Source: Lepidodermella squamata
Lineage: Eukaryota; Animalia; Gastrotricha
Assembly (NCBI GenBank): GCA_047495785.1
Contig: JBLDXI010000015.1
Span: forward strand, 310,001 to 374,000
Length of the DNA stretch: 64,000 nucleotides
Reading direction: 5' to 3'
The notes under the pieces were generated by a model, which was not told the DNA's origin, ran no database searches, and was given only the letters and a program-made list of their open reading frames with translations. Within the stretch, counting starts at the first letter, position 1; each line of letters starts with the position of its first letter. The position numbers were made by a program, and so were the translations under genes. Shown piece by piece: positions 12,083 through 23,112 of this stretch.

Positions 12083-14400
12083 TCACTTTTTCGGAGGTCT
12101 TCCGCGCCGTGTGCCAGTAGAACCACTGGACAATGAAATCAGTGAATTAGCAGAAGCGCTCCTGGAATCGCGACTGGAACTTCTTGAACTAGAAATCCCC
12201 CTCTCAGATTCCTCCGTCGACACAGAACCGGCCAAATTTTTCCGCGGTCTACCTCGCTTTGCGGCAGTTTTGACTTTCGGAATCGATTTTTCGTCACTCA
12301 ACTCAGCATCTTCACTCTCATCAGCAGACTTTGCTGACCGAGTTCTGCGACGTGGATAATTCATTGCTTCGCTAATCAGTCCTTCGTCAGAGGTATTTCG
12401 GCAGTTCGGTTTCGCGATTTTCTTCGTTCGCGACGATGTTTGACTAGAAACTGAGTCCTTCTCAGCCTCGGACTCGGCGTCAGTTTCATCGAAGTGATAA
12501 CGCGTTGTCATAAATGAAAGCTCACGAGTTGCCATCGTTTCTTCGATGAAATGGCCCATCTCGGCGTGAGTATCAGGTGCCATAGCAAGTTCGTAAAACT
12601 TACGACCAACGCCAGCGCTAATAAGAAAAATACTTTATAAGCAAGATAACACAAGCGGAAAGATTCACCTGTGGACCATGACTTTGTTAAACCACTTTAA
12701 CTGCATCTCATCTTTGCAGGTGTGGGCAAATATAGTCTGGCAGTGTTGGCGAAATTCGGTGAAGCCGAAGTGCTTGTCCCTGTATGTCTTCTGAAACACG
12801 TCATTGCATATGATTCCAAGTTCTTCGGACGTCAAAGCCGATCCATTAGGTTTTAGAAAAAGGCGTTCCTTGTCGCTCAAGCGCTGAGGTCGGTAGCCTT
12901 CAAGATAAGTCCTCAAATGCGAGTGCAATTTGTCAGATATATTGACAAATCCGTCGTTGTATGTCGCCGCTTTTTGATCAGCAACATGAACCAAAAAAGT
13001 CTCGTTATCAACCTTTCGCGCCTTCAGAAATTCACCAACTTGCATCAGCGTCAGAGCACCAGGTCTAATCATGCACCTAAGTGCTAGACCGAAGGCAACG
13101 TAGGCCACAAAAGTCTTGAAGTCTTCGAAGTTTAATGCCCTCTTGGACATAAGTTTTCCGGCTTTATCGCACAGCGAGTCAAAAACAGTTGATACCTCTG
13201 AGTAAAGAGGAAACTTGCCACTATGCATTAATTCGCTCAGCTTCACTCTACGGTGTGCGTCGTCTAGCTTGCAGCCCCGCGAGAAGGCAGTATAAGCATT
13301 CTTCAAATAAGCAATGAGCTTCAGGCGTTTACGATCTTCATACGGCAGATTATCGCCCAGTTCAATAAACTGCAGGAATTCGATGAAGGCGCCACACATG
13401 CCTTTCTTTGTGCTGTAAGTGACCTTTTTATCAAAAGCTTTCTCTAGAGCCCTCCAACCTTGCTCGGAGTAAATCGACTCGAGATAGTCAAAGCCACATG
13501 CTTTGATGATGTTTCGAACGTATGAAACAATTTTCTGCACAGTTGAACTGGCACTGTTCGCACGGCTGGACAGCTGGTTGTTATGCGAGTCATCAAACCT
13601 ATCGCATATAAGGTCAACTTCGCTCTTAACACTCTTCTCCGTCAGAGGATGAACGCGAGATACCGACGCGATATTTTGCCCGTGATTGTTGTTGACTGTG
13701 ACGGACACAGCTGGCGTTGGAATTGCAGGCGTAGACTTCCCAGCTGACCCCGGCTGATTTGCTCCGTAATGCTTAAGGCGGGCTTTTCTTGTTGCCTCAG
13801 ATAATGCCACCTTAATCTCAGCATCGGTTCGATCAACGTGAGCGAAGCAGGCCCGAGGAGATGACAAATGTTTGCGCAAAACAGTAGTATTGCTCAACTG
13901 TTTGTGGCAATCCGGGCAGTTCCGACGAAGACCGACGTGACGTTTCCTAGTGCCGTTAGTTTTCTCGCGCAAGAATCGCCCAAATTGTCTCTTTTGCAGA
14001 CTGCAGTGATGACCAGTTTTGTTAGACTCAGCCCTGGATTGAAGCGGTGGAATGGCATTTAAACTCGCTTGATGGGGAATAACAGGGTTAGTAACAAGCT
14101 GCCCTTCCCGACGATTCGAAATATTGATAACAAGAACCGTTGAGGGGTGGATGAGCTTTGCAGCTATTTCTAGATCTGCATCTGACTCCAAGGAGATTAA
14201 ATCACCATCAGAATCTGTTTAACGAATTAGTTTTCCTAGAACTAGCTCATTGCGAAAGTTGAATACTCACCCCAAGTAAGCTTAAAAGAATCAATATCGA
14301 AAGTAGTTCTCACGGCGTTCTTTAGATGCTCGAATGATGCGCTTTCAAGGGAGGTTATTCGTGTATTTCCGTTGTGTTTCAACTTTGTGTATAAAAACAT
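12083..14400 (-). CDS. PB1 + zinc finger + tyrosine recombinase + AT-hook protein (~736 aa, 3 exons)
   Basis: Exons 14400-14271, 14214-12669 and 12617-12083 (GT-AG introns of 56 and 51 nt) give 2211 nt in one frame. YR catalytic motifs: IRPG (R), VADQK (K), TEFR (R), MVH|SAGVGRKFY (H, Y). N-terminal PB1 OPCA motif FKLTWDSDGDLISLESDADLE; CPDC..H finger; C-terminal KRGRPRK and RRGRPPKK. Confidence 0.88.
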
Positions 14401-14499
14401 TCTATAATGTAGTAGATCAAAGATATTTATCAAAGAAAATCACATTTATATTCGCTTTTGCCAAGCCTTCGCGCCTCAAACTCTCGCGGCGCCTCTTGC

Positions 14500-15785
14500 T
14501 TAGATGGTTTTCATTTTGGCCAAGCAACTTTGCAGAGTTAGATCTCCAAAATAGTCTTCGTACTTATACCGCAACTTCGCACATGCGTTGATGAAATTCC
14601 CTTCAGTTAGATGCAATTTTTGTCTGACCAGCAAGTTAGCAATTCGTTGAAGACGACGAAGTTGCCCACTCGTAAACTTACCAGGGTGTTCCACCTTATC
14701 TCCTAGAAGTAGCACGGGCTTCGACCGGGTGCGACGTGTCAGGTAGCTAAAGCAATTGAAGTCATTTAGGTAACCTGCGAAACTGATGAATCTTACCTGC
14801 ACGGTGTCAGAGCAGTTTGATCTTGCTGCCTAGAAGTTGAAGGAGTTTCAAACGATACTCTTCTTTTCGACGAACTTCGGGGCGTCTTCCGCCTTTCTTC
14901 ACGGTCTGGAGACAACGAAGGCGATGCCGTAGAAGAAACATCCGATTGCGCAGAAGAAGTATCCATGGAGGAATACGATGATGTTGAGAGAGACCGAGAT
15001 CGTGATCTAGATCTCACTCGCGACCGCTTTGAAATGATAGGCGACGGTGAACGCGCAGCCGATTTGGATCGTTGTTTTCTCTTTCGTTCATTTGAAACAT
15101 GTTCGTGACTTCTGGCACGGTGTCGGGGAGCAGCCGGAGTAGTATGTTTTCGTGAACAGTAGCCACCATCAGCACCAGGTGGCGGATGAATTGGCTGCTG
15201 AGCTAGTTGAACCAAATGCTGTGGTGCAAGTTGCTGCGCTGGCTGTTGAACAAACTGCAGTACTGGTTGCTGCTGGGCCGGTTGCTGAAGTTGCTGCAGG
15301 GATGCAAGTTGCTGAGCAGGCTGTTGAACAAACTGCAGTACTGGTTGCTGCTGGGCCGGTTGAATTTGTTGCGGAGCTGTTTGCTGCTGAGCAGGTTGCT
15401 GAACTGGTGGAACAGGAGGTGGATCGACAGGGATAGCACCACCTAAAGCTGCGACCATGGTGGCTAAATTAGCATTTTCAGTCGCCGGGGTTGATTGAGC
15501 ACCTGCGATTGGAAGCCCGCGAGGAGCAGGACTATCCTCGACTACAATGATAATTTCCACATCTCTAACTTCACAGATGTAGCGAATCATGAGCTCTATG
15601 TCGCCGTCCGACATTAGCTCTACTCGATGATGATTGAACTGCGCATAAAACTTCAAGGGAGTGCCCTGATCTAGAGAGTGGAGGATCCGAAGAGATTCCT
15701 CAAAATTTACGAAATCAGTTTCCGTAATTGGGAAGAAACGCAGTTTCTGCTTGTAAGCAGAAAAACCCAGATAGTTGAACTCCAT
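14500..15785 (-). CDS. PB1-like + Q/P-rich + RS-rich + putative Myb/SANT-like protein (~411 aa, 2 exons)
   Basis: Exons 15785-14797 and 14746-14500 (50-nt GT-AG intron) give 1236 nt in frame. N-terminal LKFYAQFNHHRVELMSDGDIELMIRY..VEIIIVVE resembles PB1; C-terminal FTSGQLRRL...LTLQSCLAKMKTI resembles a three-helix DNA-binding domain. Confidence 0.75.
15200..15400 (-). repeat. 78-bp coding tandem repeat (QPAQQQPVLQFVQQPAQQLA)
   Basis: ggctgttgaacaaactgcagtactggttgctgctgggccggttg occurs at 15241 and 15319. Confidence 0.85.
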
Positions 15786-16130
15786 AATCGCAAAATCGCC
15801 TAAAATGGATACAGGTTAAGCAAATGATTATGAAAGAATGGTTTCATTGTGATAAGATACTGGTTTCACCATTTACACCTCACACCTGACGAAAAGCTAT
15901 TGACTTCCGGTAGGAACATGTAACAGTTGTGCTAGTTGAACTCCGAAGGTTGAAGCCGGCGCGCGGAATTTAGTCACGCGGGCGGATGAAGGCCACAATT
16001 AATTTTTTTACTTTTTATTACTATTATCATTTCCAATTTATTATAATATGTTTTTATCAATACCAGAGCCGATTGCCCCGCTTTTAACGCGCATGAATTT
16101 AATATTGGGGTATGCTTGCGCGCTGTTAGG

Positions 16131-16244
16131 ACTCACCGTAGCACCGTAGCACGAGCTTGCGCACCGTACTGCTACCTAATAGCACTCACCGTAGCGCTGC
16201 CGTAGCAAAACCGTAGAACTGTTATCTGGGTGCTATCTTATTCG
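16131..16244. repeat. Right terminal motif array of the YR element
   Basis: CCGTA(G/C) at 16136, 16144, 16164, 16189, 16200 and 16211; ATAGCAC at 16179 and its inverse GTGCTAT at 16230. Confidence 0.75.
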
Positions 16245-16988
16245 TATAATGACATGCCGACACGCGAGATAGTGAACATTAGTCCATTTTCTGGCCGAAC
16301 GCTGAACAAATCTTTCTTCAGATTGTTTGATTCTTTTATTTCAAATTAAAAAAACGCGGAAATTATGATGAAACGAAACGACGAATTCATGGAATGCACG
16401 ATTTTTATTAGCCCATATTGGACCCTTTAATCCTGAAAGCCGGTATCAGGCATTCAATCACTATTGTGACTAGAATCATGGCGAAAGATGCGCGTGTTAG
16501 GACACGAAATCTTCGGCCGAATTATTCTCACGCAGTGCTTCTTGCTACCTTTATGGTGCGCTATTTTCCACTTCGACGCGCAGAGATATATTTCATATTA
16601 TTCAAATCAGAAAAATTGATGGTGTTTTGTACGGTTCGCTGTTAGTTGTTTCAATGTTTTATTGCTAGATAAAAGTCGTTTAAACAGCCACGAAATATTT
16701 ATTACGGACAATGAATGAATTCTCTGTATTTAGTACAAATAGATTGATTCCATTTCACTTTGTTAATTGTTAATTGTAATGATTACCATTGTTTCTTACC
16801 GTGAGATAAAAAATCGCATTGATATCTGTTCACGATCATCATGGTGATTTTCAATTTTGAAACGTTAAACACCGGCGTTTTACCATTAGTTGTTTAGCCC
16901 TAAACATCGGTGTTCAGCTATTAGATTCAGAAATTTACCATGGCGATCCCGAACGGACTTATATCGAATTGATTCCATTTTCTTGACG

Positions 16989-18806
16989 TTATTCACCTTC
17001 GAGCGTGAGCCTGATGCCTAGAGCTAAGTCTGCAGAGCCGGACGTCGATGTGAGTCGCTTCAAAATCGCAGCGCCGCTATTCGCCAGAGCTCGCGATGCC
17101 ACGTCGACGAGTTGTTCAACAGTGGAAACATCCCGCATGACCTTTTCCACTCCAGCGCCGTGCAGCTTGTAGCAAATCATGGCGAATGCAATGTCGACAC
17201 GCCTACGCGCTGTTTGTATACCATCCGAATCCCCACAATTGCCTGTATAGGTTCGAATAACGGTAAAAAGTCATAAACAAACTTATGCGACAACTATTAC
17301 TGCGGAGGAACAGTCGGCACGTGAGAAGAGCAAGTTCGATGAAGCTTGGATTCCATGCGCTCATGGCGTCTGATAATTTGTTTTCCGCAGCCGTGGCCGG
17401 CTGAAAAAGGGAGAGGGCCCAGTCATTAGGTGGAAGAGTTTAACGTAGTCGTTCCTACGGGCTACTAAAATTTAAACCACGACTTGACCTCTCAACCTTG
17501 GGCTACTATGTATTAGCATGAGACTTACAGTAGGTCTCATGACTATTAGTGGATGGGCTACTATCGGAAAAATTACGGTAACAATATTTTGAAATCATTG
17601 TAATGAGAAAAGTAAAATCTCGACTGAAGGAAAAAATTGCGCCGTATTTTAGCTTTGATAAAGTTGATGTATAATAATTGTTATCGTTACCAAAACCTCT
17701 GGGAAGTTGTGTACGAAACTGGGTAGAAGACTGGAATTAGCTGTGAGGCAGCCACTGACGCTCGGCAGAGAGGAGTAAGCCAGAACAACACTCTTCCAAC
17801 GAACTTCCAGGCGCTTCACGTCAGATTCGTTCATTTTGAAACACTCTGGTAAATTCATGTTTAAAAATTATTCTTCACTGGTTTTAAAACATACCCTGAA
17901 TTTTGTCGCAAAACATTCGGCTGAGTCGTAGATAATCAACAATATGATCGCAAAAGAGCTTTTTAATGACCTCAGAGTTGCAATAGTTGTCATCTACATA
18001 GGTTTTCCTCATCGGCATCTAAAACATAAAACTGGCAATTCAAAACGCATAACTAGATTGTTCAAACTACGTGATCGAGACCGTGGAGCAGCAGTTGAAC
18101 ATCGACAGCTTTTTCCAGCGTATCTTCTACAATCGTACCAGCCAAAGACGTTGGGCCCGAGTGAATGGCTACGCCTTTTCTCGTATGCTGCATCATGAAT
18201 TTACCTGGAGCATGAACAATTATGAAGGTGGTTAGTGGCTAGAAGTCAAATGTTTTTTATTTCCACTTTGACCTTGCGAACCGGGGCTGCGATACCTACT
18301 CTAACGCGTCGCTTCATCCGATGTACCCAGACTTTCAAACAAGGAAGGGGTAAGGGTAAGTATTTCGACAAATACTTATACATATAAAGATAGATGCACG
18401 ATAGCATTTGAAAAATTCAAAAAAGCCACCGTAGACTGGACTTGAACGGGACCATCGCTACTAGTTTGAACAGCTACAGTACTAGTTTTGAGATTCTGAT
18501 AGCAATGCATGTTGGGAACTTACTTCTCATGCCGGCTCGGATGCATCGTTCGAATCGGCACTTCTTGCACATGCTACGCCGCATGTCCCTCGTGGTTATA
18601 GGCTCGTCAGCACTTACGTGTTTGTGGTTGCATTCCAGTGTTTGCCACTGTTCGACACAACGCCTGAAGAACTTTTCACACGCGGCACAAGCTCGCGGCT
18701 GGTAGTTGGGGCGTTTCGTCGCTACAAGACCGCAAACTTTGCACAAGCGCCGAGGAGGTTCGATTACCTCAGAGAAAAAAGAAGTATCAGCTTCAAACGT
18801 TGTCAT
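16989..18806 (-). CDS. Divergent nuclear receptor, paralog 4 (six exons)
   Basis: DBD CKVC..CAACEKFFRR..CNH..CKKCRFERCIRAGM. Exons ~18806-18524, 18205-18073, 18017-17895, 17847-17691, 17400-17300 and 17243-16989 are all open in frame. Closest to paralog 2. Confidence 0.87.
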
Positions 18807-19947
18807 TCCCACTTATAATGCTACTGAATTCAGTTAAGCCTAGAAAAGTTAAAAAGCAATAAATAATTGATCTTCGATTTGGGCTCACGTAAGCTTTTAA
18901 CGACGGCTATTAGGTTCCATATAAGGTTGAAGGTTGTATTCAATTACTGGCTCTTAGAAATCCCTAAAAACGTCAACATTTGAGGTAGCCATTATCATTC
19001 CATTGAATTGATGCATTGCCCTGCCGAAAAGATCTAGGGCTTGGACACAGTATCGGACAAGGCGCTTGGCTGCAAAATGCTCTGAAAGAGCACCGCTCGA
19101 ATTATCGGACAGACACACGCTGAATTTATCAAAAGCTGCGGCACATTAGAAGAAGGAAGTCTGATGTTATTCTTGAGGGAAGACATACAAAAGGATAGAG
19201 ACTTAAGGAGACTGGACAGGGGCTGGACAGAGTAAGCCGGAAATAGATGAAGAAACAGAGGAAAGGAAGCGGCAAGCAAGCGTTGAGCAGGCAGTGTTCC
19301 GAGTAGGAGGAAGGGGAGGGCCACATGCCTTTCCAAAGCTTTCGAATTATGCGCGCAAACAATTGTAAGCGATTGAAAAAGTTCAGGTGAAAGAATGCTA
19401 GGAGCAAATCGAGGCGGCGGGACTGAGTCATAATCGCAGGAAAGAAAACAGAACCAAACAGGGTGCGAAGTACAGGGGTGCTGGGGTGTCGCGACACCCC
19501 AGCTCCAGGACTCCAACCAGAGGAAGGCTGAAAAAAACCACAGGGGGGACCCTTTGGTTTCTTCGGCGGGGTCCTAGAAAACAGGTAGAAAACACCTCAG
19601 CTCCCGGATCCTACTTCGCACACTGGAACCAAAGGTTACGACGGAATGAATGAGTGTCGGGTAATCACACAAAATATGTGAAGATAAAATCGATGATGGC
19701 GACACGTAAACCAAACACATAAAGCATGAATGCTGAATTTAGAAATAAAAAATCCGCAGAGATGCAGAGGGAGAATTCAGAAATGATCGGCGGTGGATTT
19801 ACAAACAGTCAGTTCGAGACAAAAAGCCCCAGGGAGATCTTTGGGTCCAATAAATTATGGGCTCAGAGAGCGAAGTAGGACAGCCGAATTGGTTGGGATA
19901 AGGGCAGATCGATTTATGGGTCCTCCTTTGGTCTTTGACTGAATTTA

Positions 19948-20468
19948 CCGTATATGCCGAATTAATATCCTGAGTATCTTATTGTTTCAAAGCAACCAAA
20001 AAATGGGGGCTTATTCAGGCTGGGGTCCAAAAATGAGCTGGGGCGCTATTTATTGCAGTGTAAGTTTGAAGGTTCTTAGCACAAATAGAATCAAAAGAAA
20101 TTGAAAGTTCATGAAATCAAAACCCAAATTTCATCGAACCTTTCATCGAAATTTCGTTTTTTTTCATCTTCTTCCGCGTTTTCTTCGATGATCAGGAAGA
20201 TTTTCTTAATTTTCCCCGCCTTCAGAGCAAAGTTTTCAAGTTTTAGATGAATTATTTCTCGCAATTCATAGTCGCAAACGATCTTTTGGCCAGTTACGGG
20301 GTTCGTAATTGAAAATTAATGCAAAATATTATTGCGCGGCGTTTCAATTTGTGTCGCGGGCTGCAATTGTAGGCGTGGGTTCTTATTGTTTCAAACGACC
20401 TGAAAACTGGGGGCTTAAACAGGCTGGGGAAGTAAATTGAGCATGGGATAATAATTCGGCATATACGT
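19948..20468. mobile_element. TA-flanked MITE (Tc1/mariner/pogo-type)
   Basis: TIRs ccgtatatgccgaatta / taattcggcatatacgt flanked by TA; internal ~65-bp direct repeat (cttattgtttcaaa...gggggctta..caggctgggg). Confidence 0.75.
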
Positions 20469-21136
20469 TACCTTGCGGACCGATTGAACTGGTAGCTGGT
20501 AGAGATGATTCCTACCATCCCTAGTGGTACTTCGCTCTAAGTCGGGGCTGAAAATACCCGAAATGACCCTCCAGCTCGAGGATCGAGGATCCTACTTCTT
20601 ACACTGGCCAGTTTCTTTTGCGATCGTTGCTGTAATTATGAAGCTCATTGACAAATACTCTCGATCATCTACCTATGCTAATGGATTTCTCCGGGATCTG
20701 TTTATGATTTTTTTTAGGAAAATGTCGTTCTCGATAAAATGAGCATGAAAAATGATGATGTAGTAAGCTTGTGATGCAAAGCTGTTTAAACCTACACATG
20801 ACGCCGCGACTAATTCCAGTCATCATATTGCATAGACTTCCGTGCGCTAGACACAGCTATACGTAGCACGTCGTTTTTAGTCCTATGAGAAAGTTGAAAA
20901 TAGTAACTTGAATATCACATGCAGACGGAGAAAGCTGTCGCTTATACCTATACCTATAGTGTTGTTTTGTGATGTTTGTAATGTTTGTAATATTACTACA
21001 ATCCCGTGTTCCTTTTCATTAATCACCAGACAACTGAAAAGAGATTGTCATCCTACTCGCAGGCATGGGCATAGTTATTTACCTTCTTTCTTGAAGCGAG
21101 ATTCAACGGTTGACTATAGTAATGGGACGATCAGCT

Positions 21137-21552
21137 CAGTGCTTTGGATTTGATTTGATTTAGACCCTACTTTCACTGATTTAGATTTAAAATGATTGAT
21201 TTACGCGGGAAAGCATTTTGATTTGATTGATTTTGATTTAGCCGTGGTGATGCAATCGAAAAACTTAATACCACGAAACCAAGATCTCTCCTCCTTTTTG
21301 ATGAAATTTTGCTTTGGAAAGGGACAGTTACTTGTTACTTCAAATTCGCGTTATTTTAATCATTTCTTGAAACTTCCAAGCCCCCAGCTTCTTGAAAATC
21401 CCGATGTTTCGCGATTTATTGTGATTTATGGTTGTCGATGATTTGATTTGATTGATTTAGTCCTGGAAAAAGTGACAATGATTGATTTTGATTGATTGAA
21501 GAAGGTCCGTGATTTAAGCCGTAAATCCAATCAAATCAAATCCAAAGCTCTG
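21137..21552. mobile_element. hAT-type MITE with 8-bp target-site duplication
   Basis: TIR cagtgctttggatttgatttgatt / aatcaaatcaaatccaaagctctg (1 mismatch); exact TSD GATCAGCT at 21129-21136 and 21553-21560. Confidence 0.9.
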
Positions 21553-21837
21553 GATCAGCTATGACCAACTAGGTTTGGAGATCATGAACAGCTTCACAGT
21601 CAAAAGATTTTTCATAGAGTCTCGTTTCTACAATAAGTCTTAAACGAGTGAACGAAACTATTTTTATTTTTCCTTCATACTTTACTTGAACAACGTTTTT
21701 TATCAATAATTTAGAGGCAATGTAAGTAAACAACAATCTAATAGCCAGAGCGAAATAGTATGAAAAGATAAAGGCTCAGGCATAGGGTGAACTGGCGTTT
21801 GTCCTAGGCGTTTGTTACTTCCAAAAAAGTTTCTTTG

Positions 21838-21996
21838 AGTAAATGTTGTTTATGAAACGTAACGCATTTATTCGAATTCCAACGAGTTCCAACCATCTTC
21901 AGGAATTAGTTAGGAAATCCCTGAAGATGGTTATCGAGTGTAACCGAAACGTTGGAATTCGAATAAATGCGTTACGTTTCATAAACAACATTTACT
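21838..21996. repeat. Foldback/MITE with perfect 47-bp inverted repeats
   Basis: agtaaatgttgtttatgaaacgtaacgcatttattcgaattccaacg (21838-21884) is exactly inverted at 21950-21996; there is also an inner IR aaccatcttcagg/cctgaagatggtt. Confidence 0.85.
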
Positions 21997-22711
21997 TCCA
22001 AAAAGATGTCCGAAAGTCGCGGACGTTTTTCTTTGTTTATTAAAGCTTCTTCAGGGCAATCAGTTTGATATTAGGCCCATAGATCACTACGTTCTCTATG
22101 ATTAGGCCTGAGTAACAGTTTCATAAACAATGCAAAGTTTGGCAGACCGTCAAAACAGCGTAGTCACGAAACAGCGAACGCGACAAAACATCGAAATTAC
22201 CACTTGCGACGTAACTCATAAAAAAAGCATAGGCTAGAAAACACCGCGCTTTATTGCTCAATAAATTAATTAGTTAATAATCTATACTAATCTATTGTCT
22301 CTGTATATTATCTATTGGAGCTCGGTGGTCGGTGGGTAGCTCGATAGATCCAGTATCAAAATCTTTTACCGTATTTCACCGCAGTCATTAATTGGCCATT
22401 TCGTTCTGTAGAGGTGGATCAGATGAAATAAATCAGAATAAATCCCGAAAAAACTCGTATTTCGACGCCGTCGCTATATGGTGACGCTAAATGATTATTT
22501 TATTTGACTTACAGGGTCAATGAATCGTAATCCAATGGAATTAAAAACAATTTTTCGTCCGTGGAATCTACTCGATTGATCGATCAGCCGTTGAAAAAAT
22601 GAACAAAATTTGAAATCCGATCTGTTGATTAGCCACCGATAATCTATTATCGGTTACAGATACAAAAGATTTGATGTCGCCATCTTGTTCAGCGGCATTT
22701 TTTACCGTAAT

Positions 22712-22790
22712 CCAGTGTGCGACTTTCAGGGGGACTTCCAGCTCGGCCGGGCCAGACAACAAAATGAGAATTTATCCCACTGTTTTATAC
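22712..22790 (+). repeat. Dispersed repeat, with an inverted copy at ~32325-32410
   Basis: cagctcggccgggccagacaacaaaatgagaatttatcccactgtttt is present reverse-complemented at ~32325-32370; both copies translate as SSAGPDNKMRIYPTVL. Confidence 0.8.
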
Positions 22791-23112
22791 AATAAGTCCG
22801 ATCGAGATTGTTTCGAAGTGCCGATCGCAGATCTATTTTTTACATTTTTAATTTGAGGCACGTAGGACACTTGAAAGTTGGCGCGAATGTCCCATCCTTG
22901 CATCGCGCCAACTTGCGCTAAGTTTTTTGGGAAACGCTAATGACTAGTTTGATATTCTTTATCGACAATCGACAAGCTTCTCTCATTTTCTTTTTCTGCA
23001 CTATTTTATTTATATATCATCTAATACATCCTTTTTAGGAATATCTTTGCGCATTGCGCAGATATTATTATATACCCGAATGTTTGATTGTTCAATTTTT
23101 CTGGTATAGCTC

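Larger units (their letters stand above)
11752..16244 (-). mobile_element. Tyrosine-recombinase (Crypton-like) DNA element with two genes
   Basis: 14/16 inverted termini (cgaaaaaaatagcacc 11752-11767; ggtgctatcttattcg 16229-16244), CCGTAG arrays at both ends, and two intact spliced ORFs unrelated to the flanking NR genes, one a tyrosine recombinase. No RT/RNaseH, so not DIRS-type. Confidence 0.8.

Noticed and set aside
12083-14400. DIRS retrotransposon, prophage or bacterial contamination
   Set aside because: No RT, RNaseH, gag or phage genes; the YR gene has spliceosomal introns of host-like size and eukaryotic domains.
15152-15446. Overlapping ORFs in other frames (15152-15436, 15203-15442, 15207-15446)
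   Set aside because: Shadow frames of the Q-rich repeat in gene 2.
19034-19516. 160-aa and 122-aa minus-strand ORFs
   Set aside because: No recognisable motif, low-complexity L/S/F composition and adjacent to dispersed-repeat sequence; probably repeat-derived.
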